Positions 9,315 to 18,044 of a stretch of DNA of 32,000 bases are shown here, piece by piece. Source of the DNA: an uncultured bacterium (GTDB lineage: Bacteria; Auribacterota; JACPWU01). The DNA lies in assembly GCA_964640155.1 (NCBI GenBank), contig CAZXEQ010000003.1, positions 224,189 through 256,188 of the forward strand. The letters are read 5' to 3'. Within the stretch, counting starts at the first letter, position 1; every line of letters starts with the position of its first letter. The notes under the pieces are model-generated. The model worked only from the letters and a program-made list of their open reading frames with translations, made no database searches and was not told the origin of the DNA. Made by a program: the position numbers and the translations under genes.

Positions 9315-10508
9315 ATGGTGAATTTTATATTAAATCTTATTGGCAGAGAGGCAGAGCTGTTTGATGATGATATTAAAAAGTATGCGGATCAATTGGAGGA
9401 AATCATCAGGGGGTGTAGATTTCTAGTAGTAGGAGGTGCGGGATCTATCGGACAAGCTGTTGTCAGGGAGATATTCAGAAGACATCCTAAGGCACTGCAT
9501 GTCATAGATATAAGTGAAAATAATTTGGTTGAACTTGTTCGTGATGTTAGAAGTTCGCTTGGGTATATTGAAGGTGATTTTCAAGCTCTTCCTCTTGATT
9601 GTAATTCATTCGAGTATGATGCGTTTGTTGCCTCACAGAAGCCTTACGATTATATTCTCAATCTTTCTGCTCTGAAGCATGTTAGAAGCGAGAAAGATCC
9701 ATACACCCTGATGCGACTTATAGACGCAAACATTTTTAATTCGGATAGAATGGCGGCGCAGGCCATTCGTGATAAGAGCAAAAAGTATTTTTGTGTTTCA
9801 ACTGATAAGGCTGCAAATCCTGTTAATATGATGGGGGCATCTAAACGTATCATGGAGATGTTTTTAATGGGAAGAAGTTCTCAAATTCCTATTTCTATGT
9901 CGAGATTTGCCAATGTTGCTTTTTCAGATGGGAGTCTTTTACATGGATTTAATCTTCGCCTTCAAAAAAGACAACCTCTTGCAGCGCCCCAAAATATTAA
10001 ACGATATTTTGTAACACCTAAAGAATCTGGAGAGTTGTGCCTCATGTCCTGTCTATTAGGTGGCAATAGGGAAGTTTTTTTTCCTAAACTTAGTGAAAAA
10101 TTGCATCTGATTACTTTTTCTGAAATTGCGGTTAAATACCTTCATCATCTTGGGTTTGAACCTGTATTATGCTCTTCAGAGGATGAAGCAAGAGCTAGGG
10201 TAGAAGAATATGCTGAAAGAAAAAAGTGGCCTTGTTTCTTTTTTAACAGTGATACGACGGGAGAGAAAGATTTTGAAGAGTTCTACACTGGAAAAGAGAT
10301 TATTGATATGGATCGATTCCAGAGTATAGGAGTTATAAAAAACGATGTTTTGTATGATCAAGAAAAACTTAATTCTTTTGAGAAAGCAATCTTGGCGATG
10401 AAGACACGAGGACAGTGGACAAAAGTAGAGCTTGTTGATTTATTTTATAAGATGTTGCCAGAGTTTGATCATAAAGAGACGCATAAGTATCTTGATCAAA
10501 GGATGTGA
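9315..10508 (+). CDS. CapD/WbpM-type polysaccharide biosynthesis protein (likely UDP-HexNAc 4,6-dehydratase), soluble short form
   Basis: Has 'LVVGGAGSIGQAVVREI', 'VSTDKAANPVNMMGASKRIME' and 'RFANVAFSDGSLL', the hallmark blocks of the Polysacc_synt_2 family. No N-terminal TM region. AAGGAAA lies upstream of the ATG. Confidence 0.8.
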   Translation: MVNFILNLIGREAELFDDDIKKYADQLEEIIRGCRFLVVGGAGSIGQAVVREIFRRHPKALHVIDISENNLVELVRDVRSSLGYIEGDFQALPLDCNSFEYDAFVASQKPYDYILNLSALKHVRSEKDPYTLMRLIDANIFNSDRMAAQAIRDKSKKYFCVSTDKAANPVNMMGASKRIMEMFLMGRSSQIPISMSRFANVAFSDGSLLHGFNLRLQKRQPLAAPQNIKRYFVTPKESGELCLMSCLLGGNREVFFPKLSEKLHLITFSEIAVKYLHHLGFEPVLCSSEDEARARVEEYAERKKWPCFFFNSDTTGEKDFEEFYTGKEIIDMDRFQSIGVIKNDVLYDQEKLNSFEKAILAMKTRGQWTKVELVDLFYKMLPEFDHKETHKYLDQRM

Positions 10509-11185
10509 TGATGAAACGGCTTTTTGATATTTTCTTTTCCTTTGTAGCATTATTCTTATTTTTGCCTTTTGGTTTAACCATTGCTTTGATCCTTAAATTT
10601 ACGGGGGAGGGTGAGATTTTTTATACCCATGATAGAGTTGGTAAGGGAGGGAGAATTTTTGGCTTGATTAAATTTGCGACAATGCTGAAAAATAGTCCCA
10701 ATCTTGGAAGTGGTGATATTACAATTGGAAACGATCCAAGGGTATTACCTTTTGGGCATTTTTTGAGGAGAACAAAACTCAATGAAGTTCCTCAACTTAT
10801 TAATGTTTTGAAAGGCGATATCAGTATTGTAGGTCCAAGACCTTTGGCTGTCAGAAGTTTCAATTATTATTCAGAAAAAATTCAAAAAGAAATTATAAAG
10901 ATGATGCCTGGATTAACGGGAATAGGGTCAATTGTTTTTAGGAATGAAGAATCCATTATTGAACAATCAAAAAAAAAATATATGGATTGTTATAAAGAGG
11001 ACATTGCGCCTTATAAAGGAGCGCTTGAAATATGGTATTTGAATAATCAGTCTTTTTGGCTTGATCTAGAATTGGTTTTTTTGACAGTTTGGGTTGTGTT
11101 TTTTTCTACAAGTAGAATTTATATAAACGTTTTAAAAGGATTGCCAGAGCCAGATTGCTTCTTACCTAGAAATAAGAATTTTTAG
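10508..11185 (+). CDS. Small monotopic phosphoglycosyl transferase (bacterial sugar transferase, PglC/WbaP-C-like), with an atypical catalytic motif
   Basis: Has an N-terminal re-entrant helix 'KRLFDIFFSFVALFLFLPFGLTIALILKF' and the 'PQLINVLKGDISIVGPRPL' block. The usual D-E dyad reads N-E (AAT at 10781-10783) and the usual KFR(T/S)M reads KFATM. ATG 10508 overlaps the upstream stop (TGATG). GTG 10505 and ATG 10511 are alternative starts. Confidence 0.8.
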   Translation: MMKRLFDIFFSFVALFLFLPFGLTIALILKFTGEGEIFYTHDRVGKGGRIFGLIKFATMLKNSPNLGSGDITIGNDPRVLPFGHFLRRTKLNEVPQLINVLKGDISIVGPRPLAVRSFNYYSEKIQKEIIKMMPGLTGIGSIVFRNEESIIEQSKKKYMDCYKEDIAPYKGALEIWYLNNQSFWLDLELVFLTVWVVFFSTSRIYINVLKGLPEPDCFLPRNKNF

Positions 11186-11196
11186 CCCCGAAGTAC

Positions 11197-13284
11197 TTAA
11201 CGATATTTTTTTAAGATATTACAGGCTGAATGAATCTTTTTTTGGATTCCTAGTTTAGTAGGCGCAAGTATCTGGGCATTTCCGATAGACTTTAATGCAT
11301 TTTTAAAATAAATCTTAGCTTCCTCTTTTAGTCCTTTATTTTTGTAAACCCTTCCCAGTTCTAGACTGTTAAAACCCAGTTCCATATGGAGATTTGCATT
11401 TGTTGGGTTGAGCAGAATGGATTTCTCAAGATAAGCGCGAATTATTTCCAACGATTTTTCATCAGATATCCCTTTATGAACGTTCTCATAATAGAGTTGT
11501 TTTAGCAGTCGTGCATGGTAGAACCAGACTCTAGCATTTTTAGGGCAATAAGATTTAGCTTGCTCTAGAAGGTTTAATATTTCTCGTTTTGATTCGTCTG
11601 TGCTTTTCGCTTGTAGCTTGTTTTTAATATTTGTTAGCAGGAAGTCCCCTTTAACCATATGATATGAATTAACTATTCCCCAGAGAGACAAGCAAACCAG
11701 CCCTATGACTAACCAGGGTTTCTTGATAGCTTTGATGTTATAAAAAGGATCTTGATTTTCCGGTTTTACTTCTCTCTCACAAAAGCTTAACACAACTAGG
11801 AAAAGGAGAACATTGGCAGGGATATGCATGTTAAATTCAAAAAAAGAATGCGAAAGAAATCCTAAAACTGCAGAAAGAGAACAAACTCTGAGAAAGTAGT
11901 TGCAGTTTTGATATTTCATGATTCTTATTGTACGGAAAATGACTAATGTGATAGCAAATAGAAAGAAGGTAGTTCCAATGACGCCCACTTCTGAAAAGAG
12001 TTCTAAAAAATCGTTGTGCGCATGATCAATGATCATATCCGAACTCTCACTATCCCAATAGAGTTGTATCTGAGTTTGAAATTGTGGATAAACATCTTTA
12101 AAGGTTCCAAATCCAGTTCCTATGAATTGAAAACAAGTGGACATCGTTAGAGCATCTTTCCAGTTGGTCCATCGAAAGGATTCATCTCTTAAGGCTTCTT
12201 CAGTTGTTTTAGATACTTGAGAGATAATCCATGATTTTTCCTGAAATTGTATAAAAAGGATTCCTAGGGTAACCAGGATACAAAACAGAGTTAGTAAAAT
12301 CTTAAAATTAAACTTGTGCGTAAATAACATCAAGATGAGTAAACAGAAAAATCCGATAGATAAATTTAGAACTCCACCACGAGATCCAGTGAGTAAAATG
12401 ACAAGACCAATGCAAACAGGGATAAAACTCATCAGCAAAATTTTTGCTGTTTGTTCAGAACATAAGAATAATATTTTTTCTTTCCATGAATCAGATACAG
12501 ACCATGAGTAAGAGATTTTATCCAACAAATACCCAGTGATGATCCAGAAGCACAGGGCAAGGAAAGAGCAATAGTGATTGCGATTAATAAAGGTTCCTGT
12601 TAAGGAAGCTAAGTCAGTTCGATTTCCAGCATACGGATTTTTCCAAAAGAAAATCCTATGAGTGCCACCATAGTGTTCAATGATTCCATAGAGAGTTTCA
12701 AAAAAAGCAATACCAATGATGACATATACGAATTGCTTAAATCTCTTAGGAGTATTTAGCAGATTAAGGATAAGAAAGTACCATGCTGAATAGCCTAGAA
12801 TTTTTACGATTTGTAGAGAAGTTAGCAAGGGAGATAAACTTAAGGGATAATTTTGCGTGTGTGATGGCAGGAGTTTTAAAAGGGTTTCATATCTAAAAGG
12901 GGAAAGAACTTTATAAATAGAAATAGAAAACGGTATCAACTGAACTAATGTTAGTCCAGATATAATTATTAAGACATAAAGCATGGGTGAAATGATAAAA
13001 CTGCAACTGGAGGCCTTGTAAGATTTAACATTATCCAAACGATGAGTTTGGTTTTTTAAAGGGTTGGTGTAGATAGCGATACACCATGTAATAAGTGATG
13101 TAAAAATAAGAATAAGAATAATTCCTGTAGCCCAAACAGGAGTTCCTGCACATAGAAGAGGTGAAATAACCAAAATAATAAGGATTAAGAATATGGGAAC
13201 AAAGATTTTATAGTGGACGGGTGGTGTTAACGATTTTCTCGATCTCACTAACCCCTTTTTCAGGTTGAGCATTGTCTTTATCAT
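11197..13284 (-). CDS. O-antigen ligase/polymerase-like (Wzy_C) polytopic membrane protein with C-terminal TPR repeats
   Basis: Has many TM helices, the 'DHAHNDFLELFSEVGVIG' motif typical of the Wzy_C/O-antigen ligase family, and a TPR-like C-terminus (ARVWFYHARLL..., NANLHMELGFNSLELG...). The start is uncertain (ATG 13284, ATG 13272 or GTG 13248). All three overlap the upstream gene. Confidence 0.7.
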   Translation of the reverse strand: MIKTMLNLKKGLVRSRKSLTPPVHYKIFVPIFLILIILVISPLLCAGTPVWATGIILILIFTSLITWCIAIYTNPLKNQTHRLDNVKSYKASSCSFIISPMLYVLIIISGLTLVQLIPFSISIYKVLSPFRYETLLKLLPSHTQNYPLSLSPLLTSLQIVKILGYSAWYFLILNLLNTPKRFKQFVYVIIGIAFFETLYGIIEHYGGTHRIFFWKNPYAGNRTDLASLTGTFINRNHYCSFLALCFWIITGYLLDKISYSWSVSDSWKEKILFLCSEQTAKILLMSFIPVCIGLVILLTGSRGGVLNLSIGFFCLLILMLFTHKFNFKILLTLFCILVTLGILFIQFQEKSWIISQVSKTTEEALRDESFRWTNWKDALTMSTCFQFIGTGFGTFKDVYPQFQTQIQLYWDSESSDMIIDHAHNDFLELFSEVGVIGTTFFLFAITLVIFRTIRIMKYQNCNYFLRVCSLSAVLGFLSHSFFEFNMHIPANVLLFLVVLSFCEREVKPENQDPFYNIKAIKKPWLVIGLVCLSLWGIVNSYHMVKGDFLLTNIKNKLQAKSTDESKREILNLLEQAKSYCPKNARVWFYHARLLKQLYYENVHKGISDEKSLEIIRAYLEKSILLNPTNANLHMELGFNSLELGRVYKNKGLKEEAKIYFKNALKSIGNAQILAPTKLGIQKKIHSACNILKKYR

Positions 13285-15178
13285 GATAGTAAGATTTATA
13301 TTGGTATTTATATTGATAGTAATATCCAGACCCTGTTGGTGTTACTTGATTAAGGACAATACCAAGAATTTTTGCATGCGCTTCTTCTAAACGGGCGATA
13401 CATTGAATGGCGGCTTTATGACCAGTGGCATTCGCTTTAATAATATAAACAACCCCATCGGCGATTGTTGATAATGCAATAGAATCTGCTACAGCAATGA
13501 TGGGAGATGAATCAATAATTACTTTCTTAAACCTTTTCCTTGCCCATGATAAGAAACTTTTCATTTTTTCTGATTCTAAAATTTCAGATGGATTGGGTGG
13601 GATTAGACCACATCGAACAATCCATAAATTAGGAATTTCTGTAGGAGTTACAATGCTTTCTTCGGAAACATTTTCTAATAAAAAATTACTTAGGCCGATA
13701 TTTTTGTCTTTTTCAACGGGGAAAACCTTTTGAAGAGAAGGTTTTCTTAGATCGGCATCAATGAGAAGTACATTTTCTCCTTTTGACGCCATCGTTATAG
13801 CAAGGTTAGTTGCTTCTGTAGTTTTACCTTCGCTTGGGTAAGTGCTTGTTACAAGAAGCACGGGATAAGGTTTGTCGATCGCAGAAAACGCAATCCCGGT
13901 GCGAACATATCTATAAGCTTCAGCAAAATTTGATTTTGGGTGGTTGAAACTTGCTAATGCAATTTCTCGAGGAGTCATCTTTTTTCTAATAATGCTTGAG
14001 CGAGGGATATGCCCTAAGACAGGTAGACCCAAGAAGCGATCCACGTCTTCATCATTTTTAAACGAAGTGTCAAATTTTTCCAATACTAACGCTGCCCCGA
14101 TTCCGAGAATTAGAGAAAAAAAGATAGAAAGTAATATATTTTTTTTCTTGTTGGGCCAAACGGGCATGGTTGGAACTTCTGCTTCATCAATGACCGATAT
14201 ATTATCTGCTCTTAATCCTTGAAGAAGATCCATTTCCTTAACCTTGTCCAGTAAGGCATCAAAAAGTTTTTGATTAACATCAACCTCTCTTCGAAAAACA
14301 CGATATTGAATTTGTTTTCTCCTTAAATCCAATATATTTTTGTTTTCGATTTCCAATTTATCCAATATTGTTGCAAGCTCAGAAGTTAATTGTATAACTT
14401 GTGGGTGTTTGTCCTTGTAAGACTTCCTGAGCTGTGGGAGTTCAGTTTCAAGTCGTACTCTCTCATTTGTGAGATGTTGCAGTAGCTTAGATTGGTCTTC
14501 AGATATGTCTCCGGAAGGAAGACTGACTATTTTATTGTCTTCTACATACTTCAGAAGTGCATTCTCTGCCTCTTCAATTTTTTTCTGCATGACTTTAAGC
14601 TGATCAGTAAGCCAATTGACCATATACCGGGCAATATTTAGTTTGTGCTCAAGGCCGGCATCAATATACGTAGTTGCAATGGCATTTGCGATTAAAGCAG
14701 CTTTTTGAGGGTCTGAATGCTTTGCAATAATATTTACGATTCTTGTGTCACGAACCGGTTCAAGCCTATAAGCTCTCATGAATTTGTTAAGCCCTGTTCT
14801 TTCAACTAAAAATTCAGGGAATTGATTTGGGTCGAGTTTTTCAACGACTTTCCGAGCAATCTTTTTAGATGTTATAATCTTAAACTGAGTTGCTAGAGTT
14901 TCAGGATTCCAAATAGGGTAGGGGGACGCCTGTGGAGAGGTTAGGCCTTGAGACTTATCTTGATCAATAAGCAATTTACACGTAGCTTCGTAAAGAGGCG
15001 TTTCAGAATAATTTTTAATTGTAACTACAGTTGAAATAACAATGACTAGAAATAGAATTAACCATTTTCTTTTCCAAAGGATTTTTGCTTGGTCAAGGAA
15101 ATTAGCATTTTTAAAACTGAAATCAGATGACCGGGGAGCGATTACACTTGGATTAATTTCTTCATCTTGATAAGACAT
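13208..15178 (-). CDS. Polysaccharide co-polymerase / tyrosine autokinase (Wzc/BY-kinase type)
   Basis: Has an N-terminal Wzz-like region with two TM helices and a coiled-coil. The C-terminal P-loop kinase has Walker A 'PSEGKTT', A' 'VLLIDADLRKP' and B 'VIIDSSP'. The C-terminal tyrosine cluster is 'GSGYYYQYKYQYKSYYH'. Confidence 0.85.
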   Translation of the reverse strand: MSYQDEEINPSVIAPRSSDFSFKNANFLDQAKILWKRKWLILFLVIVISTVVTIKNYSETPLYEATCKLLIDQDKSQGLTSPQASPYPIWNPETLATQFKIITSKKIARKVVEKLDPNQFPEFLVERTGLNKFMRAYRLEPVRDTRIVNIIAKHSDPQKAALIANAIATTYIDAGLEHKLNIARYMVNWLTDQLKVMQKKIEEAENALLKYVEDNKIVSLPSGDISEDQSKLLQHLTNERVRLETELPQLRKSYKDKHPQVIQLTSELATILDKLEIENKNILDLRRKQIQYRVFRREVDVNQKLFDALLDKVKEMDLLQGLRADNISVIDEAEVPTMPVWPNKKKNILLSIFFSLILGIGAALVLEKFDTSFKNDEDVDRFLGLPVLGHIPRSSIIRKKMTPREIALASFNHPKSNFAEAYRYVRTGIAFSAIDKPYPVLLVTSTYPSEGKTTEATNLAITMASKGENVLLIDADLRKPSLQKVFPVEKDKNIGLSNFLLENVSEESIVTPTEIPNLWIVRCGLIPPNPSEILESEKMKSFLSWARKRFKKVIIDSSPIIAVADSIALSTIADGVVYIIKANATGHKAAIQCIARLEEAHAKILGIVLNQVTPTGSGYYYQYKYQYKSYYHDKDNAQPEKGVSEIEKIVNTTRPL

Positions 15179-15186
15179 ATCTCCCC

Positions 15187-15999
15187 CTATAAGAAGCTTT
15201 CCGGGACGATAATAACATCGTTAGGTTTTAGATAAAAATCTCTTTTTTTATCGCCTGATTTTAAAATGGAGTCCACAGGTACTTTGATAACTCTTTTAAT
15301 ATTGTTTTCTGTTCGAATGACTCGGGTTCTGTTGGGAGAAGCAATTTTTGTAAATCCACCAGCTAGCGTGATGGCATCTATGACTGTAAGTTTTTCCTTT
15401 AAAGGAAATTGTCCAGGACTATTAACTTCTCCCAAGATATTAACATTGGCCAGCTTGTTCACTCGAACGACATCTTTAGGTCTTAGTTCGAGATCGTCTT
15501 TTCCATTAAAATCTTCTTCGGAGTCTTGTGCAAGATTCACATGAAAAACATGCTTTAAATCGTCTTCTTTTCTGGTTATGACAATATTACTACGATCAGC
15601 TAATTCAGTAAGTCCTCCTGCTGCAGTAATGGCTTGCATGATTGTCGTCTTTGAGGATAACTTGTAAGTGCCTGGTTTAATCACTTCTCCCAGCATATAG
15701 ATACTGCTGTATTCCTTGACGTTAACAATTACCTGAGGATTAACCAAATAGTCTTTTCGCAAACGCCGGGTGATTAATTCTTTTGTTGCTTCGGCGGTTA
15801 GGCCTTCTACTTGAACCTTGCCCAACAAAGGATAATTGATAGAACCATCTCCAGCCACCCGTGTTGTCACAGTAAGATCAGATTCATTGTACACAACTAT
15901 TTCAATGAGATCATCTGAGGCAAGTACGTACTCCTCAGATGCACATAGAATAGGAGAAAAGAACAATAAATAGATAAGAGTAAAAAAATAAACTATCAT
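15187..15999 (-). CDS. Polysaccharide export protein (Wza/Poly_export with SLBB domains)
   Basis: Has a signal peptide. 'YVLASDDLIEIVVY...GDGSINYPLLGKVQVEGLTAEA...PQVIVNV' matches the Poly_export pattern. Two 'GEV..PG...L...T...AI..AGG' SLBB-like repeats are present. Confidence 0.8.
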   Translation of the reverse strand: MIVYFFTLIYLLFFSPILCASEEYVLASDDLIEIVVYNESDLTVTTRVAGDGSINYPLLGKVQVEGLTAEATKELITRRLRKDYLVNPQVIVNVKEYSSIYMLGEVIKPGTYKLSSKTTIMQAITAAGGLTELADRSNIVITRKEDDLKHVFHVNLAQDSEEDFNGKDDLELRPKDVVRVNKLANVNILGEVNSPGQFPLKEKLTVIDAITLAGGFTKIASPNRTRVIRTENNIKRVIKVPVDSILKSGDKKRDFYLKPNDVIIVPESFL

Positions 16000-16007
16000 T
16001 TAGACAA

Positions 16008-17192
16008 TTAAAAATTTGCCGAAGTTTTCCAAACTACTCTGTTATCTGTATACTCTAAAGATTCAAAATTAGAATCTCTTTGAAAGTAAAAGTAACTAAG
16101 TCCCGTATTCAGCCATTCTCGAATTTGATAGTTCAGTCCGGCTTGTACCCCAAAAAGATCATCATCACGTTCAGCGGCAATACCTTCTAAAACAACCATT
16201 TCATCGTACTCGTTGTTGGAATAGCTTAAACCAAGAACTCCATCTAAACCCCAAAAAAGTTTCTGATTTAACGTTCCCGAAACGGAGTTTGCAAAGTAAA
16301 AATTATTGTCTAAAAACGTAGATTCACGTGCCGCCCTTTGGTAGGCTAAACTCACAACAGTTTCAGTCGTGAAATATTTTGTAGCAGACAGATCAATTAC
16401 AGCATTAGAAAGGTCTTGCCCGTTATCATAATCACGGTTCTCATATCCTACTTTTGCTTCAAGGATCAGTCGTGTAAAAGGTTCGCCCTTTAGTCCTATG
16501 CTGACTCGATCAGCATCACCATCTCTAGCAGTAATGGCATCGGGATAGGAAATAAAAATGTGTTCGTATTCAAGCAAGGCCTTTGTTTTGGTGAAAAGGC
16601 GATAGAAACCTGTCCCTCGAAGTTTGTGCTGATAATAATCAATAACTTCTAGAGTATCGTCATCATAAAAAGTGGAGAAGAAGTTATACCCGACTTCAAA
16701 AGAAAGACGATTCCAATCAGAAGTACCAACCGCAAGATCATAAGTGTTCTCATAACGATCAATGCGTTCAGTAAACTCGGTATCAGCTCTTAAATCTGAT
16801 CTGCGAAAAATATCTGATGTATTGATATGAAATTTTGGAAAGTTTAAATCAAGGCTGCCTTTCAAGGTATGAGCGATGAAATTCTGATCGTCAAATTCAG
16901 CAAAGGCAATCAAATCAGCCTGATAATCAAGTGTAAAGGCATGCGTGTTTGCGTCAAAGGGCACAACAATAAAAATCCCTGGACTTGTGATAAAAGAAAA
17001 ATCATCTTGTTCATCGGTAGGTTCCAAAAAAACGTTATCATCGTAAGCCGCAGTAAAGTCTAATCGAGGATGAAACCAGCGAATAGCTTCCTTAGTCTTA
17101 GATGGCGTTTTAAGAAAGCCAACCTCAGCAATTGAACTGAACGAAAAAGCTAATAAAATTAAACCCAGAACCAAACGACCCAATCTATTCAT
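16008..17192 (-). CDS. Outer-membrane beta-barrel protein associated with polysaccharide export (EpsL-like, tentative)
   Basis: Has the signal peptide 'MNRLGRLVLGLILLAFSFSSIA', alternating amphipathic beta-strand pattern rich in Y/F/D/N, and a C-terminal Phe ('WKTSANF'). A strong SD, AGGGGGAG, precedes the ATG. Confidence 0.6.
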   Translation of the reverse strand: MNRLGRLVLGLILLAFSFSSIAEVGFLKTPSKTKEAIRWFHPRLDFTAAYDDNVFLEPTDEQDDFSFITSPGIFIVVPFDANTHAFTLDYQADLIAFAEFDDQNFIAHTLKGSLDLNFPKFHINTSDIFRRSDLRADTEFTERIDRYENTYDLAVGTSDWNRLSFEVGYNFFSTFYDDDTLEVIDYYQHKLRGTGFYRLFTKTKALLEYEHIFISYPDAITARDGDADRVSIGLKGEPFTRLILEAKVGYENRDYDNGQDLSNAVIDLSATKYFTTETVVSLAYQRAARESTFLDNNFYFANSVSGTLNQKLFWGLDGVLGLSYSNNEYDEMVVLEGIAAERDDDLFGVQAGLNYQIREWLNTGLSYFYFQRDSNFESLEYTDNRVVWKTSANF

Positions 17193-17234
17193 TTTTCTCC
17201 CCCTATTTAAATAAAATTAAAGTTTGGCAGAAAA

Positions 17235-17729
17235 TTAACTTGGACTCACAGATGTTTCTTCTTCCTCTTCTTCTGTCGTGGAAGGAGCAATAGTTGGCGT
17301 TTCAGCCTCTTGAACAATTTCCGACTCTGTCTGCTCTTGTCCAGGAGAGCTTAAATTGGTTTGAGAAGATTGTGATCCTTGAAAGGTGAGAGAATTAGCT
17401 GTTGCGGCAACCCAATTGCCTTTGGCTTCTCCAATCCGTACAGCCTGTCCAGCCGCGTATTCTTGCACTGAGACTTGACCTTTGTCGTTGGTTGTTTCCA
17501 GAGACAGCTTTCCTTCAAGAACTCGTAGGATGGTTCCTGATTCTAAAGCAGGAGGCTTTTCTCCAGTTTTAATGATAACGCTAGGACTATTAGGATAAAC
17601 AATTTCAATTCTTCCAATGAAATAAAGAATGGCAGGTGGTTTAGATAAATTTTGATTTTCTGCTTGAGTTTGAAAAACCATAAAAGCAGCGAAAAAAGAA
17701 AACAAGAAAAAACGCATCATCATTTTCAT
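17235..17729 (-). CDS. Secreted hypothetical protein with an acidic low-complexity tail; first gene of the export operon
   Basis: Has a signal peptide (MKMMMRFFLFSFFAAFMVFQTQA). A small beta-rich core is followed by an S/T/Q/E-rich tail ending in 'TTEEEEEETSVSPS'. SD GGGGGAG precedes the ATG. I recognise no family motif. Confidence 0.5.
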   Translation of the reverse strand: MKMMMRFFLFSFFAAFMVFQTQAENQNLSKPPAILYFIGRIEIVYPNSPSVIIKTGEKPPALESGTILRVLEGKLSLETTNDKGQVSVQEYAAGQAVRIGEAKGNWVAATANSLTFQGSQSSQTNLSSPGQEQTESEIVQEAETPTIAPSTTEEEEEETSVSPS

Positions 17730-18044
17730 TGAACTCCCCCTTTACACGTGATGGTTAGCTTTTGTGCAACAACAAAAACTCTCTAGACGATATTTCATTT
17801 ATATATATGATATGGGAAATGCTAGTTAATTGATAATTTAATGTCAATAAATATTTTGTATGGTTTGAGTTTCGAAATATTTGTACACATTAGCTTAGTG
17901 TTGTATTATTACATTCTAGCTATTGCCTATAAATTTTACTGGCATATTTATAGTTTATATTGAAATGGTGTTCTATGCTGATAAATAGTTTGAGATTACA
18001 GAATTTCTGAGAATGTGTTATTGGGGAAAGAATAAGCCATTATT
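17730..18044. promoter_or_regulatory. AT-rich divergent intergenic region that presumably carries promoters for the export operon (-) and wecB (+)
   Basis: This 315-bp non-coding gap between divergently oriented operons is very AT-rich and has many -10-like hexamers. I could not assign a specific -35/-10 pair, and no ops/JUMPstart GGCGGTAG was seen. Confidence 0.3.

Noticed and set aside
956-10581. Short ORFs from the track lying inside or antisense to the + strand biosynthesis genes: 956-1240, 2155-2340, 3452-3709, 4023-4343, 6370-6615, 7046-7228, 7534-7767, 8166-8453, 9650-9853, 10176-10361 and 10369-10581.
   Set aside because: All are fully embedded in longer ORFs that carry clear family motifs. 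Their translations are low-complexity, Ile/Phe/Lys/Asn-rich products, as expected from alternative frames of AT-rich DNA. None has an SD or recognisable motif.
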